Source: a virus
DNA: 64,000 nucleotides
Direction: 5' to 3' (one strand)
IMG/VR virus record: IMGVR_UViG_3300021961_000044
Span: 1 to 64,000 of that record
Shown here: one piece after another, positions 1 through 10,500 of the stretch
Position numbering within the stretch: position 1 is the stretch's first letter
Layout of the letters: every line of letters begins with the position of its first letter
Notes under the pieces: generated by a model
The model's database searches: none
The model's input: the letters and a program-made list of their open reading frames with translations, nothing else
Told to the model about the DNA's origin: nothing
Translations under genes and position numbers: made by a program

Positions 1-1
1 T

Positions 2-220
2 CTCGACGTTTCTTATAACGGTTGGGAAAATTACGAGACCTGGAATGTTGCTCTGTGGATCAACAATGACGAGGGTTTGTATCACCTTGCTATGGAGTGT
101 GGTGACTATCAATCCTTCTGTGATTACGTCGGTTCAGATGCAAAAACAGGTGACGGGGTTAAGTATAATGACCCCAAGGTAAATGTCATCCAGATCAATA
201 GCGATGTGTTCGACCTCTAA
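2..220 (+). CDS. Partial (5'-truncated) small hypothetical phage protein, ...YNGWENYETWNVALWINNDEGLY...
   Basis: Read by hand in frame 2, open from the window edge to TAA at 218-220. The YNGWxNYETW motif is typical of small early phage ORFs. Not in the ORF track. Confidence 0.7.
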   Translation, partial: LDVSYNGWENYETWNVALWINNDEGLYHLAMECGDYQSFCDYVGSDAKTGDGVKYNDPKVNVIQINSDVFDL

Positions 221-290
221 GTAACACTCACTCCTGTCGCATGAGTATAAACTAGGCACCACACAGTTAACAACACTTTTCTTCGTTATT

Positions 291-428
291 ATGTCCAAGT
301 CCGTGATGCTTTCTCTTCTGGGTCGTGCTAACAATGGCACTGAAATCCTGGAGATTCTTGATAGTCTCACCGAAGACAATCAGCAGTCTGATGATAATGG
401 TCCTACGCTGAATCCCATCGATTTCTGA
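291..428 (+). CDS. Small acidic hypothetical protein, 45 aa (MSKSVMLSLLGRANNGTEILEILDSLTED...)
   Basis: ATG 291 to TGA 428, read by hand, with phage-like codon usage. Below the ORF-track size cutoff. Confidence 0.6.
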   Translation: MSKSVMLSLLGRANNGTEILEILDSLTEDNQQSDDNGPTLNPIDF

Positions 429-446
429 TAGTAACTGTGCGGGGGG

Positions 447-476
447 TTGACATCAGTCAGTCTCCCGTATTATAAT
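447..476 (+). promoter_or_regulatory. Sigma70-type (early) promoter
   Basis: TTGACA (447-452), 18-nt spacer, TATAAT (471-476); both hexamers match consensus. Confidence 0.75.
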
Positions 477-631
477 AGCAGAGTATCAGTGAAACAACAG
501 TGTTTTAGGGGCGGCGTTTATATCGTGCCGTGCCGCGTTGCCCCCGTATATAAAAAAGGCAAACTACCCTAACCTACAGAGGTGACAAAACGCGAGCATT
601 ATATCATTCTAAAAAAAATTTTTCCGGAAGT

Positions 632-778
632 ATGAGAAGATATCAATACCGTCGCAGAGGTCCATATTGGAATTTCTGGAAGGTAGTATTGGCAGGATGG
701 ATGATTCGTTATCCACGCCCATTTTTTATTGCTTTTGGATTTTTATTAGTAGTCATATATAATACGCTTACAAAATAA
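632..778 (+). CDS. Small membrane protein, 48 aa (MRRYQYRRRGPYWNFWKVVLAGWMIRYPRPFFIAFGFLLVVIYNTLTK)
   Basis: ATG 632 to TAA 778. Basic N-terminus followed by hydrophobic segment(s). Confidence 0.6.
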   Translation: MRRYQYRRRGPYWNFWKVVLAGWMIRYPRPFFIAFGFLLVVIYNTLTK

Positions 779-812
779 AACACAGAAAAAAATTACCGGA
801 TATATTTTTTGT

Positions 813-846
813 CCCCATAGGGTTTTCCGCCCTAGGGGTATTTTTA
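813..846 (+). terminator. Probable intrinsic terminator
   Basis: CCCC(A)TAGGG-ttttccg-CCCTAGGGG followed by TATTTTT. Confidence 0.55.
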
Positions 847-895
847 TTCGCATATATAGTAAGGAAAGAGAATAATCACATTATTCATAAGGTTC

Positions 896-1171
896 ATGAC
901 TAACAATTCTTATCCGAAGATCTATAACATCTTTGCTGGCGATAAATGTATTGCTGCAGAGGTACCCGAGGAAGAGTTCGATGCCCTTTGGCAGACTGTT
1001 CGAGGTATGGTAGGATTAATGCAGACTTCATATTCTTTAGAAGATCTACGTTATGAAGAATGGATAGATAGACCTATGACTGAAATTGGAAATGATATTG
1101 CTGCTCATAGACTAAAGCAACGAGTTGAAAAACAAAAGGAACTAGAAAGAATAAGGGAAGAAGATTCCTAA
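896..1171 (+). CDS. Hypothetical phage protein, 91 aa
   Basis: ORF track; plausible composition; no recognisable family motif. Confidence 0.7.
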   Translation: MTNNSYPKIYNIFAGDKCIAAEVPEEEFDALWQTVRGMVGLMQTSYSLEDLRYEEWIDRPMTEIGNDIAAHRLKQRVEKQKELERIREEDS

Positions 1172-1174
1172 GTA

Positions 1175-1203
1175 TTGACTAACCTATTATTCTCTGTTAA
1201 AAT
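1175..1203 (+). promoter_or_regulatory. Sigma70-type promoter with extended -10, upstream of the glycosyltransferase-like gene
   Basis: TTGACT (1175-1180), 17-nt spacer, TGn-TAAAAT (1195-1203). Confidence 0.7.
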
Positions 1204-1227
1204 TTGAACTGAAACCAACCAAAAGTT

Positions 1228-2019
1228 ATGGCAAAAGGATTTACTGTAAAGACTGTCCCTCCAAAGAAATCAACACCAAAGACGGAATGGGACTACCCTG
1301 CAATTATGGAAAGAATGCGTGGTAAGACCATTGTGATGTGTCTGCCAGGTCGAGGCTGTTCTTACATCTTTATGAAGAACTTCCTGCAACTTTGTTTTGA
1401 TCTTGTTCAAAACGGTTGTGCAATTCAGATCTCTCAAGACTATTCGTCTATGGTCAACTTTGCACGTTGTAAGGTTCTTGGTGCAAACGTTCTGCGTGGT
1501 CCTAAGCAAATTCCTTGGGATGGCAAAATGAACTATGATTACCAACTCTGGATTGATAGTGATATCGTCTTTGACACTGGTAAATTCTGGCAACTCTGTG
1601 ATCTGGCATTCCCCGCACCAGACGAAGAGACAGGCGAAGTTGATGAGAAGGAGATTGTTTGTGGATGGTATCTCACAGAAGACGGTCATACTTCCTCTGT
1701 TGCTCACTGGCTTGATGAAGAAGAATTCCGCAAGAATGGCGGTGTTATGAATCATGAAACCATTGAGACCCTTAGCAAGCGTCAGAAACCCTTCACATGC
1801 GACTATACTGGATTTGGATGGGTACTGATCAAGAAGGGCGTCTTTGAGAACCTGGAGTATCCTTGGTTCGCTCCTAAGATGCAAGTCTTTGAATCTGGTG
1901 CAGTCCAAGACATGTGTGGTGAGGACGTATCATTCTGTCTCGATGCTATCGAAGCAGGCTTTAAGATCTGGTGTGACCCCCGCGTTCGTGTCGGTCACGA
2001 AAAAACTCGTATTATTTGA
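1228..2019 (+). CDS. GT-A fold (family 2-like) glycosyltransferase, 263 aa
   Basis: DxD motif (LWIDSDIVF), TGFGWVLIKKGVFE, GEDVSFC (catalytic ED-type motif), C-terminal VGHEK. Confidence 0.75.
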   Translation: MAKGFTVKTVPPKKSTPKTEWDYPAIMERMRGKTIVMCLPGRGCSYIFMKNFLQLCFDLVQNGCAIQISQDYSSMVNFARCKVLGANVLRGPKQIPWDGKMNYDYQLWIDSDIVFDTGKFWQLCDLAFPAPDEETGEVDEKEIVCGWYLTEDGHTSSVAHWLDEEEFRKNGGVMNHETIETLSKRQKPFTCDYTGFGWVLIKKGVFENLEYPWFAPKMQVFESGAVQDMCGEDVSFCLDAIEAGFKIWCDPRVRVGHEKTRII

Positions 2020-2045
2020 TCTACAAAATTTCTCGGAGATAAATT

Positions 2046-2183
2046 ATGGCAATTATGAAAGGTGGGAATTATACCCCCGGTAAGCCGAAAAAAACTCGTC
2101 AAGGCAACTCGAAAAATACGCTTCTCTCGGCATCTGCAAGAAACGGAAAGAAGAAAAGGTATAGAGGACAAGGTAGAGGATAA
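2046..2183 (+). CDS. Small basic protein, 45 aa, ending KKKRYRGQGRG
   Basis: GGAG RBS, ATG 2046 to TAA 2183. The YRGQG C-terminus is a recurrent small ORF upstream of gp25 in T4-like phages. Confidence 0.75.
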   Translation: MAIMKGGNYTPGKPKKTRQGNSKNTLLSASARNGKKKRYRGQGRG

Positions 2184-2187
2184 TAAG

Positions 2188-2216
2188 AGAGGGTGATTCA
2201 TTCACCCTCTTTTTTT
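2188..2216 (+). terminator. Intrinsic terminator
   Basis: AGAGGGTGA-ttcat-TCACCCTCT followed by a T run. Confidence 0.85.
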
Positions 2217-2219
2217 ATG

Positions 2220-2227
2220 AATAAATA
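2220..2227 (+). promoter_or_regulatory. gp55-type late promoter for the baseplate operon
   Basis: AATAAATA (T4 late consensus TATAAATA), 27 nt before the gp25 ATG and just after a terminator. Confidence 0.7.
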
Positions 2228-2254
2228 ACCTTATTAAAGTGCGTTTCTATACTC

Positions 2255-2656
2255 ATGCCTCTGGAAAGAGTCAGTCAAGGATTTAAAGATATATCAATGA
2301 CATTCGGAATGAATCCATTGACGGATGATCTTGTAGCACTTAAAAATGTCAATGCGATCAATCGTGCTATAAGAAATATTGTTCTTACCATACCAGGCGA
2401 AGTTCCCTTTAATCCTACATTTGGTTCTCATATTGGAGCATCTTTATTTGAAAATATGGATGAATTCTCTGCAAGAGAAATTAAAAATGAAATTATGATG
2501 TCGATTAAAAACTTTGAACCAAGAGTTAGACTTAATAATGTAAAAGTAACACCTAACTATGATGCTTATATTTTCGACGTTAGGATTGAATATGACATAA
2601 TTGGTAGTCCCATGCCAACACAAGTATTAGAATTTGCTCTCGTATCAGCAAGATAA
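2255..2656 (+). CDS. gp25: Baseplate wedge subunit gp25
   Basis: NAINRAIRNIVLTIPGEVPFNPTFGS...FEPRV motif; directly upstream of gp6. Confidence 0.95.
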   Translation: MPLERVSQGFKDISMTFGMNPLTDDLVALKNVNAINRAIRNIVLTIPGEVPFNPTFGSHIGASLFENMDEFSAREIKNEIMMSIKNFEPRVRLNNVKVTPNYDAYIFDVRIEYDIIGSPMPTQVLEFALVSAR

Positions 2657-4582
2657 ATGACACTTCAAAACTTTACTTCACTAGACTTTGATCAAATAAA
2701 AGCGCTTCTGATTGAGTACATACGATCAGATCCAAATTTTACTGATTATGATTTTGAAGGATCTAACCTAAGTTCGATCATTAATTTGATGGCATATAAC
2801 ACATATGTCTCATCTTATAATGCGAACATGCTTGCGAATGAGGTATTTCTTGAGTCTGCTACACTCAGAGAAAACGTAGTTGCACTTGCAAGATCAATTG
2901 GATATACTCCAAGATCAAGAAGAGCAGCAAGAGCAACTGTAAGTTTTTTCGTTGATTGTACTGGTATTACTCCTGTTCCAACATCTCTAACACTGCAAAG
3001 AGGAATTGTTGCTGCATCCACAGGAAACTTTGCCAATCAAAGTTTTGTATTCTCAAGACCAGAAGATACAACAGTCGCAGTTGTAAATGGAATTGCATCT
3101 TTCGATGAACTAGAAATATGCGAGGGAAATAGAATTAGACAGGAATATACAGTAAATTCAACAAATCCAAATCAACGTTTTATTATTGATAATGTTGGGG
3201 TTGATACAGATACTTTAGTTGTAAGGGTTAAAGATTCGACAGCATCTACCACATGGGTATATTATCATCGCAAAGATGATCTTTTTGGATTGAATAGTGA
3301 GTCTAAAATCTTCTTCTTACAAGAGATTGAAGATGAAAGATATGAAATTACCTTTGGTGATGGCATTTTTGGTAAGAAATTGCAGGAAGGTAACATCATT
3401 GAGGCAGTTTATATTACATCTAACGGCGATAGTGCCAATGGAGTTAGTAATTTTGCCTTCAGTGGACGCCTTGTATACACCAGAAACGGTATAGAGTACG
3501 TAGTTTCTTCTGGAATTTCGATTTTAGGCACTGATCTTGGAGCTGCTGGCGGAGATTCTATCGAATCAATCGAGTCAATTCGTAAATTTGCACCAAAAAT
3601 CTACTCATCACAGAACAGAGCACTCACAGCATCCGACTATGAAGTGCTAATTCCATCAAAAGTTTACCCAGAAACCGAATCTATCTCTGTTTTTGGTGGA
3701 GAAGACCTAGTTCCACCTCAATATGGAAAGGTTTTTATCAGCATTAAACCCAAATTTGGCGATTTTCTTCCAAATTTGATCAAACAAGACATTGTTAGGG
3801 AGTTGAAAAAGTACTCTGTAGCGGGAATTGTCCCAGAAATCCTTGATTTGAAGTATCTTTACCTTGAAACTGAGTCTCAAGTGTATTATAACACAAATCA
3901 AGCGGCAAATGCAGCGGAACTTTCATCAATTATTCGCGGAAACGTTGAAAAATATGCAGATTCTACTGAATTAAACAGATATGGAGCAAGATTTAAGTAT
4001 AGTAAGTTCCAAAAAATCATTGATGACAGTAATCAAGCAATAACATCGAATATTACGAAGATTAGAATGAGAAGAGATCTTCGTGTGCTGTTAAATACTT
4101 TTGCAGAATATCAAATTGGTTTCGGCAATCAATTTTATATTGGCAATTTGACTGGATATAATATTAAATCAACCGCGTTTAGAGTTCAAGGAATCACTGG
4201 TGATGTATATCTTTCCGATATTCCAGATTCGGATAGACTAAATGGTTCTATTTTCTTATTCAATGTTCCTTCTCCAAATTCTAACGCTGTTACCATCAGA
4301 AAAAGAAATGTCGGAAGAATTGACTACGTAAATGGTATTATTACCTTAAGTGCGATAAACATCCAATCTGGAAAAGAAAAGGATGGTCAACAAATTATAG
4401 AAATTTCCGCAATTCCACAATCCAATGATGTTGTTGGTTTTCAAGATCTTTATTTGCAATTAGATGTTTCTAAGAGCACTATTGAAATGGTATCAGACAA
4501 TATTGCATCGGGTCTTGATGTTTCAGGATCTAACTATATCGTATCCTCTAGTTACACCACTGGGAATTTAGTAAGAGTATAA
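2657..4582 (+). CDS. gp6: Baseplate wedge subunit gp6
   Basis: LDFDQIK...FTDYDFEGSNLS...AYNT...NEVFLESATLRENVV; QNRALTASDY; size and synteny. Confidence 0.95.
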   Translation: MTLQNFTSLDFDQIKALLIEYIRSDPNFTDYDFEGSNLSSIINLMAYNTYVSSYNANMLANEVFLESATLRENVVALARSIGYTPRSRRAARATVSFFVDCTGITPVPTSLTLQRGIVAASTGNFANQSFVFSRPEDTTVAVVNGIASFDELEICEGNRIRQEYTVNSTNPNQRFIIDNVGVDTDTLVVRVKDSTASTTWVYYHRKDDLFGLNSESKIFFLQEIEDERYEITFGDGIFGKKLQEGNIIEAVYITSNGDSANGVSNFAFSGRLVYTRNGIEYVVSSGISILGTDLGAAGGDSIESIESIRKFAPKIYSSQNRALTASDYEVLIPSKVYPETESISVFGGEDLVPPQYGKVFISIKPKFGDFLPNLIKQDIVRELKKYSVAGIVPEILDLKYLYLETESQVYYNTNQAANAAELSSIIRGNVEKYADSTELNRYGARFKYSKFQKIIDDSNQAITSNITKIRMRRDLRVLLNTFAEYQIGFGNQFYIGNLTGYNIKSTAFRVQGITGDVYLSDIPDSDRLNGSIFLFNVPSPNSNAVTIRKRNVGRIDYVNGIITLSAINIQSGKEKDGQQIIEISAIPQSNDVVGFQDLYLQLDVSKSTIEMVSDNIASGLDVSGSNYIVSSSYTTGNLVRV

Positions 4583-4585
4583 AGA

Positions 4586-7500
4586 ATGACAAGCAGCAGA
4601 ATCAAATTCAATCAAATCGTAGCCGATCAATTCCCTACGTATATCAGAGAAGAATTTCCAGCAGTACAAGAATTCTTTACCAAGTATTACTTGTCACAGG
4701 AATATCCTGGTGGAGCGCTGGATCTGTTAAACAACATTGACAAATATAATAGTATCGAAGAAGTTTCTGATCGATATGTTAATGATGCAGAACTAACTTT
4801 GCCTATAGGACTTTTTGATACTGAGATTAATGTTGCATCTACACAGGGATTTCCTGATAACTATGGTTTAATTAAAGTTGATAATGAATTAATTCTTTAT
4901 ACAGAGAAAAGTAACATTCAATTTAAAGGATGTGTTAGGGGATTCTTAGGGATTACCTCTTACGAAGACCCTTTAAATCCAGAGAATTTTATTTTTTCAA
5001 CATCTAATCAAGAAAAGCATGATCTTCAATATAGTCCAGAAGGTGTTGGACTAAAAAGAGTAACAAATTTAAGTGCTCTTTTCTTAAAAGAATTTTTCAA
5101 AAAAGTAAAATATAGACTTGCTCCTGGGTTTGAGAATAGAGAATTATTTTCTGGAACAGACGAAGAAACTAATAAAGAGATTGCAATAAAACAGTCTCGA
5201 TTTATTAAACAAATAAAAGATTTTTACAAAACAAGAGGAACAGACGAATCCTTTAAAATTTTGTTTAAAGCTCTTTATGGAGAAAAAGCTGAGATAGTCA
5301 GACCAAAAGAGTTTTTATTCAGACCATCTGATTCTCAATTTCAAGTTACTAAAGATTTTATTGTAACTCCAATTAGCGGAAATCCTGCAGAATTGGAGAG
5401 AAATACACTTCAGCAAGATGAGTATAAGGATATAACTAGAGCATATGCTCCTGTTGCTAAAGTAGAAAAAGTTACAACAGGTTTTACAACTTCAAACTAC
5501 TGGAGAGTTAGTATTGATGCGAATTATGATAGAGATATCATAATAAATGGATCCATCTATGGTAATTTTAAAGCACATGCCAAAACAAAAGTAATAGGAA
5601 ATATTTCAGCAGGATCTAGTTATATTGATGTCGATTCAACACTGGGATTTCCTCAAGATGGAGAATTGTATGTTGCTTATTCTGATGGAACTGTTGGTGT
5701 AGTAACATACAAAAATAAATCATTAACTCAATTTTTTGATTGTACTAATATAACAAATACCATTAAAGATACTGAAAATATTTTTATTAATACTTATGCA
5801 TATGGATATTCAAATGTAGATCAATCCCTTATCAAAGTAAGAATCACTCCAGTATTAGAAAATCCATCGGAAAATACAAATAACCATTATTATGAAAATG
5901 GAGAACTGATTGATATTAAGTCATTAGGAGAAGATGCTTCAACGAACGATATTTGGACAATTAATTCCAGTCCAACATATCAGGTAAAAAGTGTTTCTTT
6001 AGTAGATTCTCAACAAAAGTTATATTCTATTTCCACTTTTGATACAATTCTGTTAAAAATAGGAAATACTATCTCGATTGAAGATACCACAGGAACAAAA
6101 ACAGAAGCAGTAGTATTTGATATTACATCTGCCAATGCTTTAAGTGTGAGATCAGATACTCTATTGGATGTAAACAAAAAATATACTTTTACTAAAAAGT
6201 TGTCAAAAGTTAATGCAACTTATTTTACAAATATATCCCACTTAAATTCAAATGTAGAAAATGTTTATATTGATGGAAATAAAACTCTTATAGCGTCTCC
6301 ATCTATACCATCATATAGAAATCAACCACTTGACGTAACTTCCAAAAAAATTATATTTTCTGGAACATTTCCTCCTGTAGGTGTTGGATCTACCAACACC
6401 TACAATATTTCTCCACTTAAAGATCATGGTTTTTATACTGGCGATGCAGTATATTATTCTTTCCCAGTAAAAGAAACCTTAGATACTTTCTCTGGAGTTA
6501 CTCAAACTACATATCCAGAAGGAAATTTGGGAAGTAACTTCGAAGAGGGATTATACTTTATTAAAAGAATAGATGAAAATAATGTTCAATTTGCAAAAGG
6601 AAGATCTGATCTTTTCTATGGAAATTTTGTAAGTACACCATCTCCAGTAACTATCACTGGACAAGTACTTGAAGTTTATAATTTGAAAGGAAAAACTTTA
6701 GGAACGCAAAAACTCCTTAGAGAAATTTCCAAACCAGAAAAAGATGGCAAAAAATATGAGACCACTCCAGGAACTAAGACAGGCATATTTGTTAATGGAG
6801 TAGAACTTCAAAACTACAAATCAACTGATACTGTATATTATGGGTCTATCCAAAAAATTGACGTATCTGCTCCTGGAGAGGATTATGATATTATTAATCC
6901 GCCAATTTTGCACATTAGTGATTCTGTAGGGACAGGGGCTACTGGTTATGTTTCTGTTTCGGGTTCTTTAAAAGAACTTAGAATAATTTCACCAGGATTT
7001 AATTATATTGAAACTCCAGTCATCAAAGTAACTGGTGGAAATGGAACAGGAGCAAAAGCGGCTGTTAAATTAAATCAAGTTACTCATTATATAAATTTCA
7101 ATTCAACTGTTCTTGGACAAAAAGTAGGCATAGGAACAACTGTATCTACAATTGGTTTTACTACATATCATAAGTTTACAAATGCAGAAAAAGTTCTATA
7201 CAAAAATAATGGAGGGCAGGTAATTTCTGGTCTTTCTACCAATTCTGTCTATTATGTAAACGTTGTCGATCCTTATACCGTAAAACTACACCAAACAGAA
7301 AATCAAGCAGTACTTGGAGTCGGAACTGTTGTTTTACTTGACTATGGAACAGGAAATCATACACTCGAATCAGTATCCAAGAAAAATGTAATTTCAAAAA
7401 TAAACATAATTTCTGAAGGTCAAGGATATACTAATAGAAAACTAACAACTGGAATTGTAGGAATTAATACCGCGAGTAATACTATTACTATTCCAAATCA

Positions 7501-10500
7501 TAATTTTTCCACGGGAGAAAGAATTGTTTATGATGTGGATGGTACTTCTGTAGTTGGATTGATTCCAAAAACAAGTTATTATATTGATAAGAAAGATAAT
7601 GATTCTTTCAGATTATATCAATCTGGAATTGGATCTGATGGACAAGTTTATAATACAAAATTGTATGCAGATTTAAGAAATGTTGGATTAGGAACTCATA
7701 TTTTCAATTATCCGGAAATAGAAGTTACTATTGAAGGAAAGATTGGCATTTCTTCGTTATCAACAGAAGATTTTAAGGCAAGAGTTCAACCAATTTTTAG
7801 AGGTTCCGTCGAATCTGTTCATTTATCGAATGATGGAGTTGGATATGGATCTTCTGAAATTTTAAACTTTAATAGAGAACCTTTAATAAATCTTCAAACT
7901 GGAGAAGAAGCACAATTAACTCCAATTGTCAATAACGGACAAGTTGTAGAAGTTTTAGTAAATTCTAAAGGATCTGGATATAATTCATCTCCAACTCTAC
8001 AAGTTGTTGGTTCTGGTGTTGGAGCAGTAATAACTCCAGTAGTAGTAAACGGACAAATAGAATCAGTAAACGTCATTCATGGTGGAGTATCCTACAATAG
8101 ACAAGATACATCCATTAATGTAATTTCATCAGGAAAAGGTGCTAAGTTTTCTGCCACAATAAAAACTTGGACTGTTAATAATGTTATTGCTAACTATGAG
8201 CAGTTTACTGGAGATGATGGATTTATTACAAATGGAACGAATCTACAATATGGTCTTCAGTATACGCATTTATATTCACCAAGATCCCTAAGACAATCCT
8301 TATTTGGCATAGACTCAAAAGGAAATAAAGTATATGGATCTGTAGATCTAAAAATCAATAATGGTTTTGAAATTGATTCATTGTATCACTCTCCAATTAT
8401 AGGGTATGCATACGACGGAAATCCAATTTACGGACCATATGCATATTCTACTCTGACAGGGGGAGTAATAAAACAAGTTAAGAGTGGTTATAGATTGAGT
8501 CTTGCAAATGATCGCCCTCCATTCCCAGAAGGATTTTTTGTGGAGGATTACACCTTCTATCCAAGTTCAGATCCACTTGTATTAGATGAAAATAATGGAA
8601 GATTTTGTGTCACTCCAGAATATCCAAATGGCACATATGCATATTTTTCATCTATAAGTGAAAAACCAGATTCTACTGGAATTTATAAAGGATATAAGTC
8701 ACCAGTATTTCCTTATGTTGTAGGAAATTGCTATAATAATATTCCAAACAATTATAACTTTAAATCATTATCTAATCAAAATGATGTTGATTTAAATCAA
8801 ACTAATTACATCAGAGTTACAAATACTCATAAGATAAAAGGAAAGCAAAGTTCATACAATTACATAGATATTCCAAATAGTTTAAATCAAAAGACAGAGA
8901 TTAAATCTACATCTAAAGGTTCGATTGATGGAGTAGGAATTGTTACAGGTGGACAGAATTATAAAGTAGGTGATAGACCAATTATCAACTTCGAAGGAAG
9001 TGGAGGTTATGGAACTTTACTTGAAGTTGACAAAATTTCAGGAAAAGAAATTACATCTATTAGTGTTGCCACTAGTTCAATCTCTAATGTTGAATTTTTG
9101 CCAATATCAAATGGGGGATCTTTCTTGGCGATTGCTCCAAATCCTCATTATTGGGCAAATACCAATAAGGTAGTCGTATCTGGTCTAAGCACTACAAACA
9201 CCCTCCTTGCAGGGGCATATAGAGCAGGTATATCAACAGATAGATATGTCCTCACTGTTGGAGTTGGTACTGCTGGTGTTACTGGAATAGTAACGTACTT
9301 AAATATTTTTGGTGATTTATCTTATCCATCTTTAAAGGAAAATGATATCCTTTCGATTGGAACTGAAGATGTAAAAGTTTTATCTGTAGATCACGAAACA
9401 TCAAGAATAAGAGTTCTTAGAGGTCAAAATGGCACTGTTTCTACAGCGCATACAAATACAACAACAATAAGACAAAATCACAGAAAATTTAAGATTAATG
9501 TAGGATATAAAACGACATTCAATTATACAATAAACAAAGAGTTTTACTTCAATCCGATTGATTCTCTTGCCCTAACCGTTGGAATTGGAACAACCATAGT
9601 TTTTTCAAATCCAGGAGCAGGAAAGACAAATATATTTGTCCCACAAAAATCAATTTATCTTCCAGATCACGGTCTCAAAACTGGAGATCAAATTCTATAC
9701 AGAACTTATGGAGGAGATCCAATCGAAGTTTCTGTCGGTGGCATTAGTGCTGATTATTCAGTATCAGATCAGGAAATTTTTTACGTTGCAAAAATTTCTA
9801 ATGATTTGATCGGCATTGCAACAGTTAAAGTTGGTCTCGGATCCACAGGTTCCTTTGTGGGTGCTGGAGATAGTATTAGAGAATCATCTACATTATATTT
9901 TACTGGTATTGGAACTGGTGTATATCATAGCTTTAAAACACAATATCCAAATGTTGTTACTGGATCAGCAGAAAAGAATGAGGTAACAGTATCTCTTGCG
10001 AATACTCACGGACTTTTTAATAATGAAACAGTATTTGTCGATGTAAACGTTGGAGGATCTAAAACTGTTACTGTAAAATATAATGACAAAGCAAGAAGAA
10101 TCTTGATTGATCCAAAATCATTCACTTCTGTTGGCGTAAACACCTCAAAATCAGAGATTACAATTACCAATCATGGATTCAGATCTGGCGATAAGGTCGT
10201 TCATACTACTACCTCGAATGGTTATGGTCCTATTGATGGCGAATTATATTATGTTATTGTTGTCGATAATAATACCATCAAACTATCACAGAAAAAATCT
10301 GATGCATTAAGTTCCATTCCTTCTTATATTGGAATTACTAGCGCGTATTCTGGAGAAATTGGATTAGTAAATCCACCTATTCAAGTTTATGAAGATTCCA
10401 CTCTTGTTTTTGATGTTTCAGATTCTTCCTTGAGATTCTTGCAGCAATCCACAGAATATTCTGCATTTGAAATGCTATTCCATTCTGATTTATCATTCAA

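Noticed and set aside
221-290. Possible ribozyme or riboswitch in the short gap (ACTCA/TGAGT stem)
   Set aside because: Only 3-5 bp stems, and no hammerhead CUGANGA/GAAA core or riboswitch consensus I can recognise.
1270-1908. 212-aa minus-strand ORF
   Set aside because: Lies entirely antisense to the glycosyltransferase and has no motifs; a shadow of biased codon usage.
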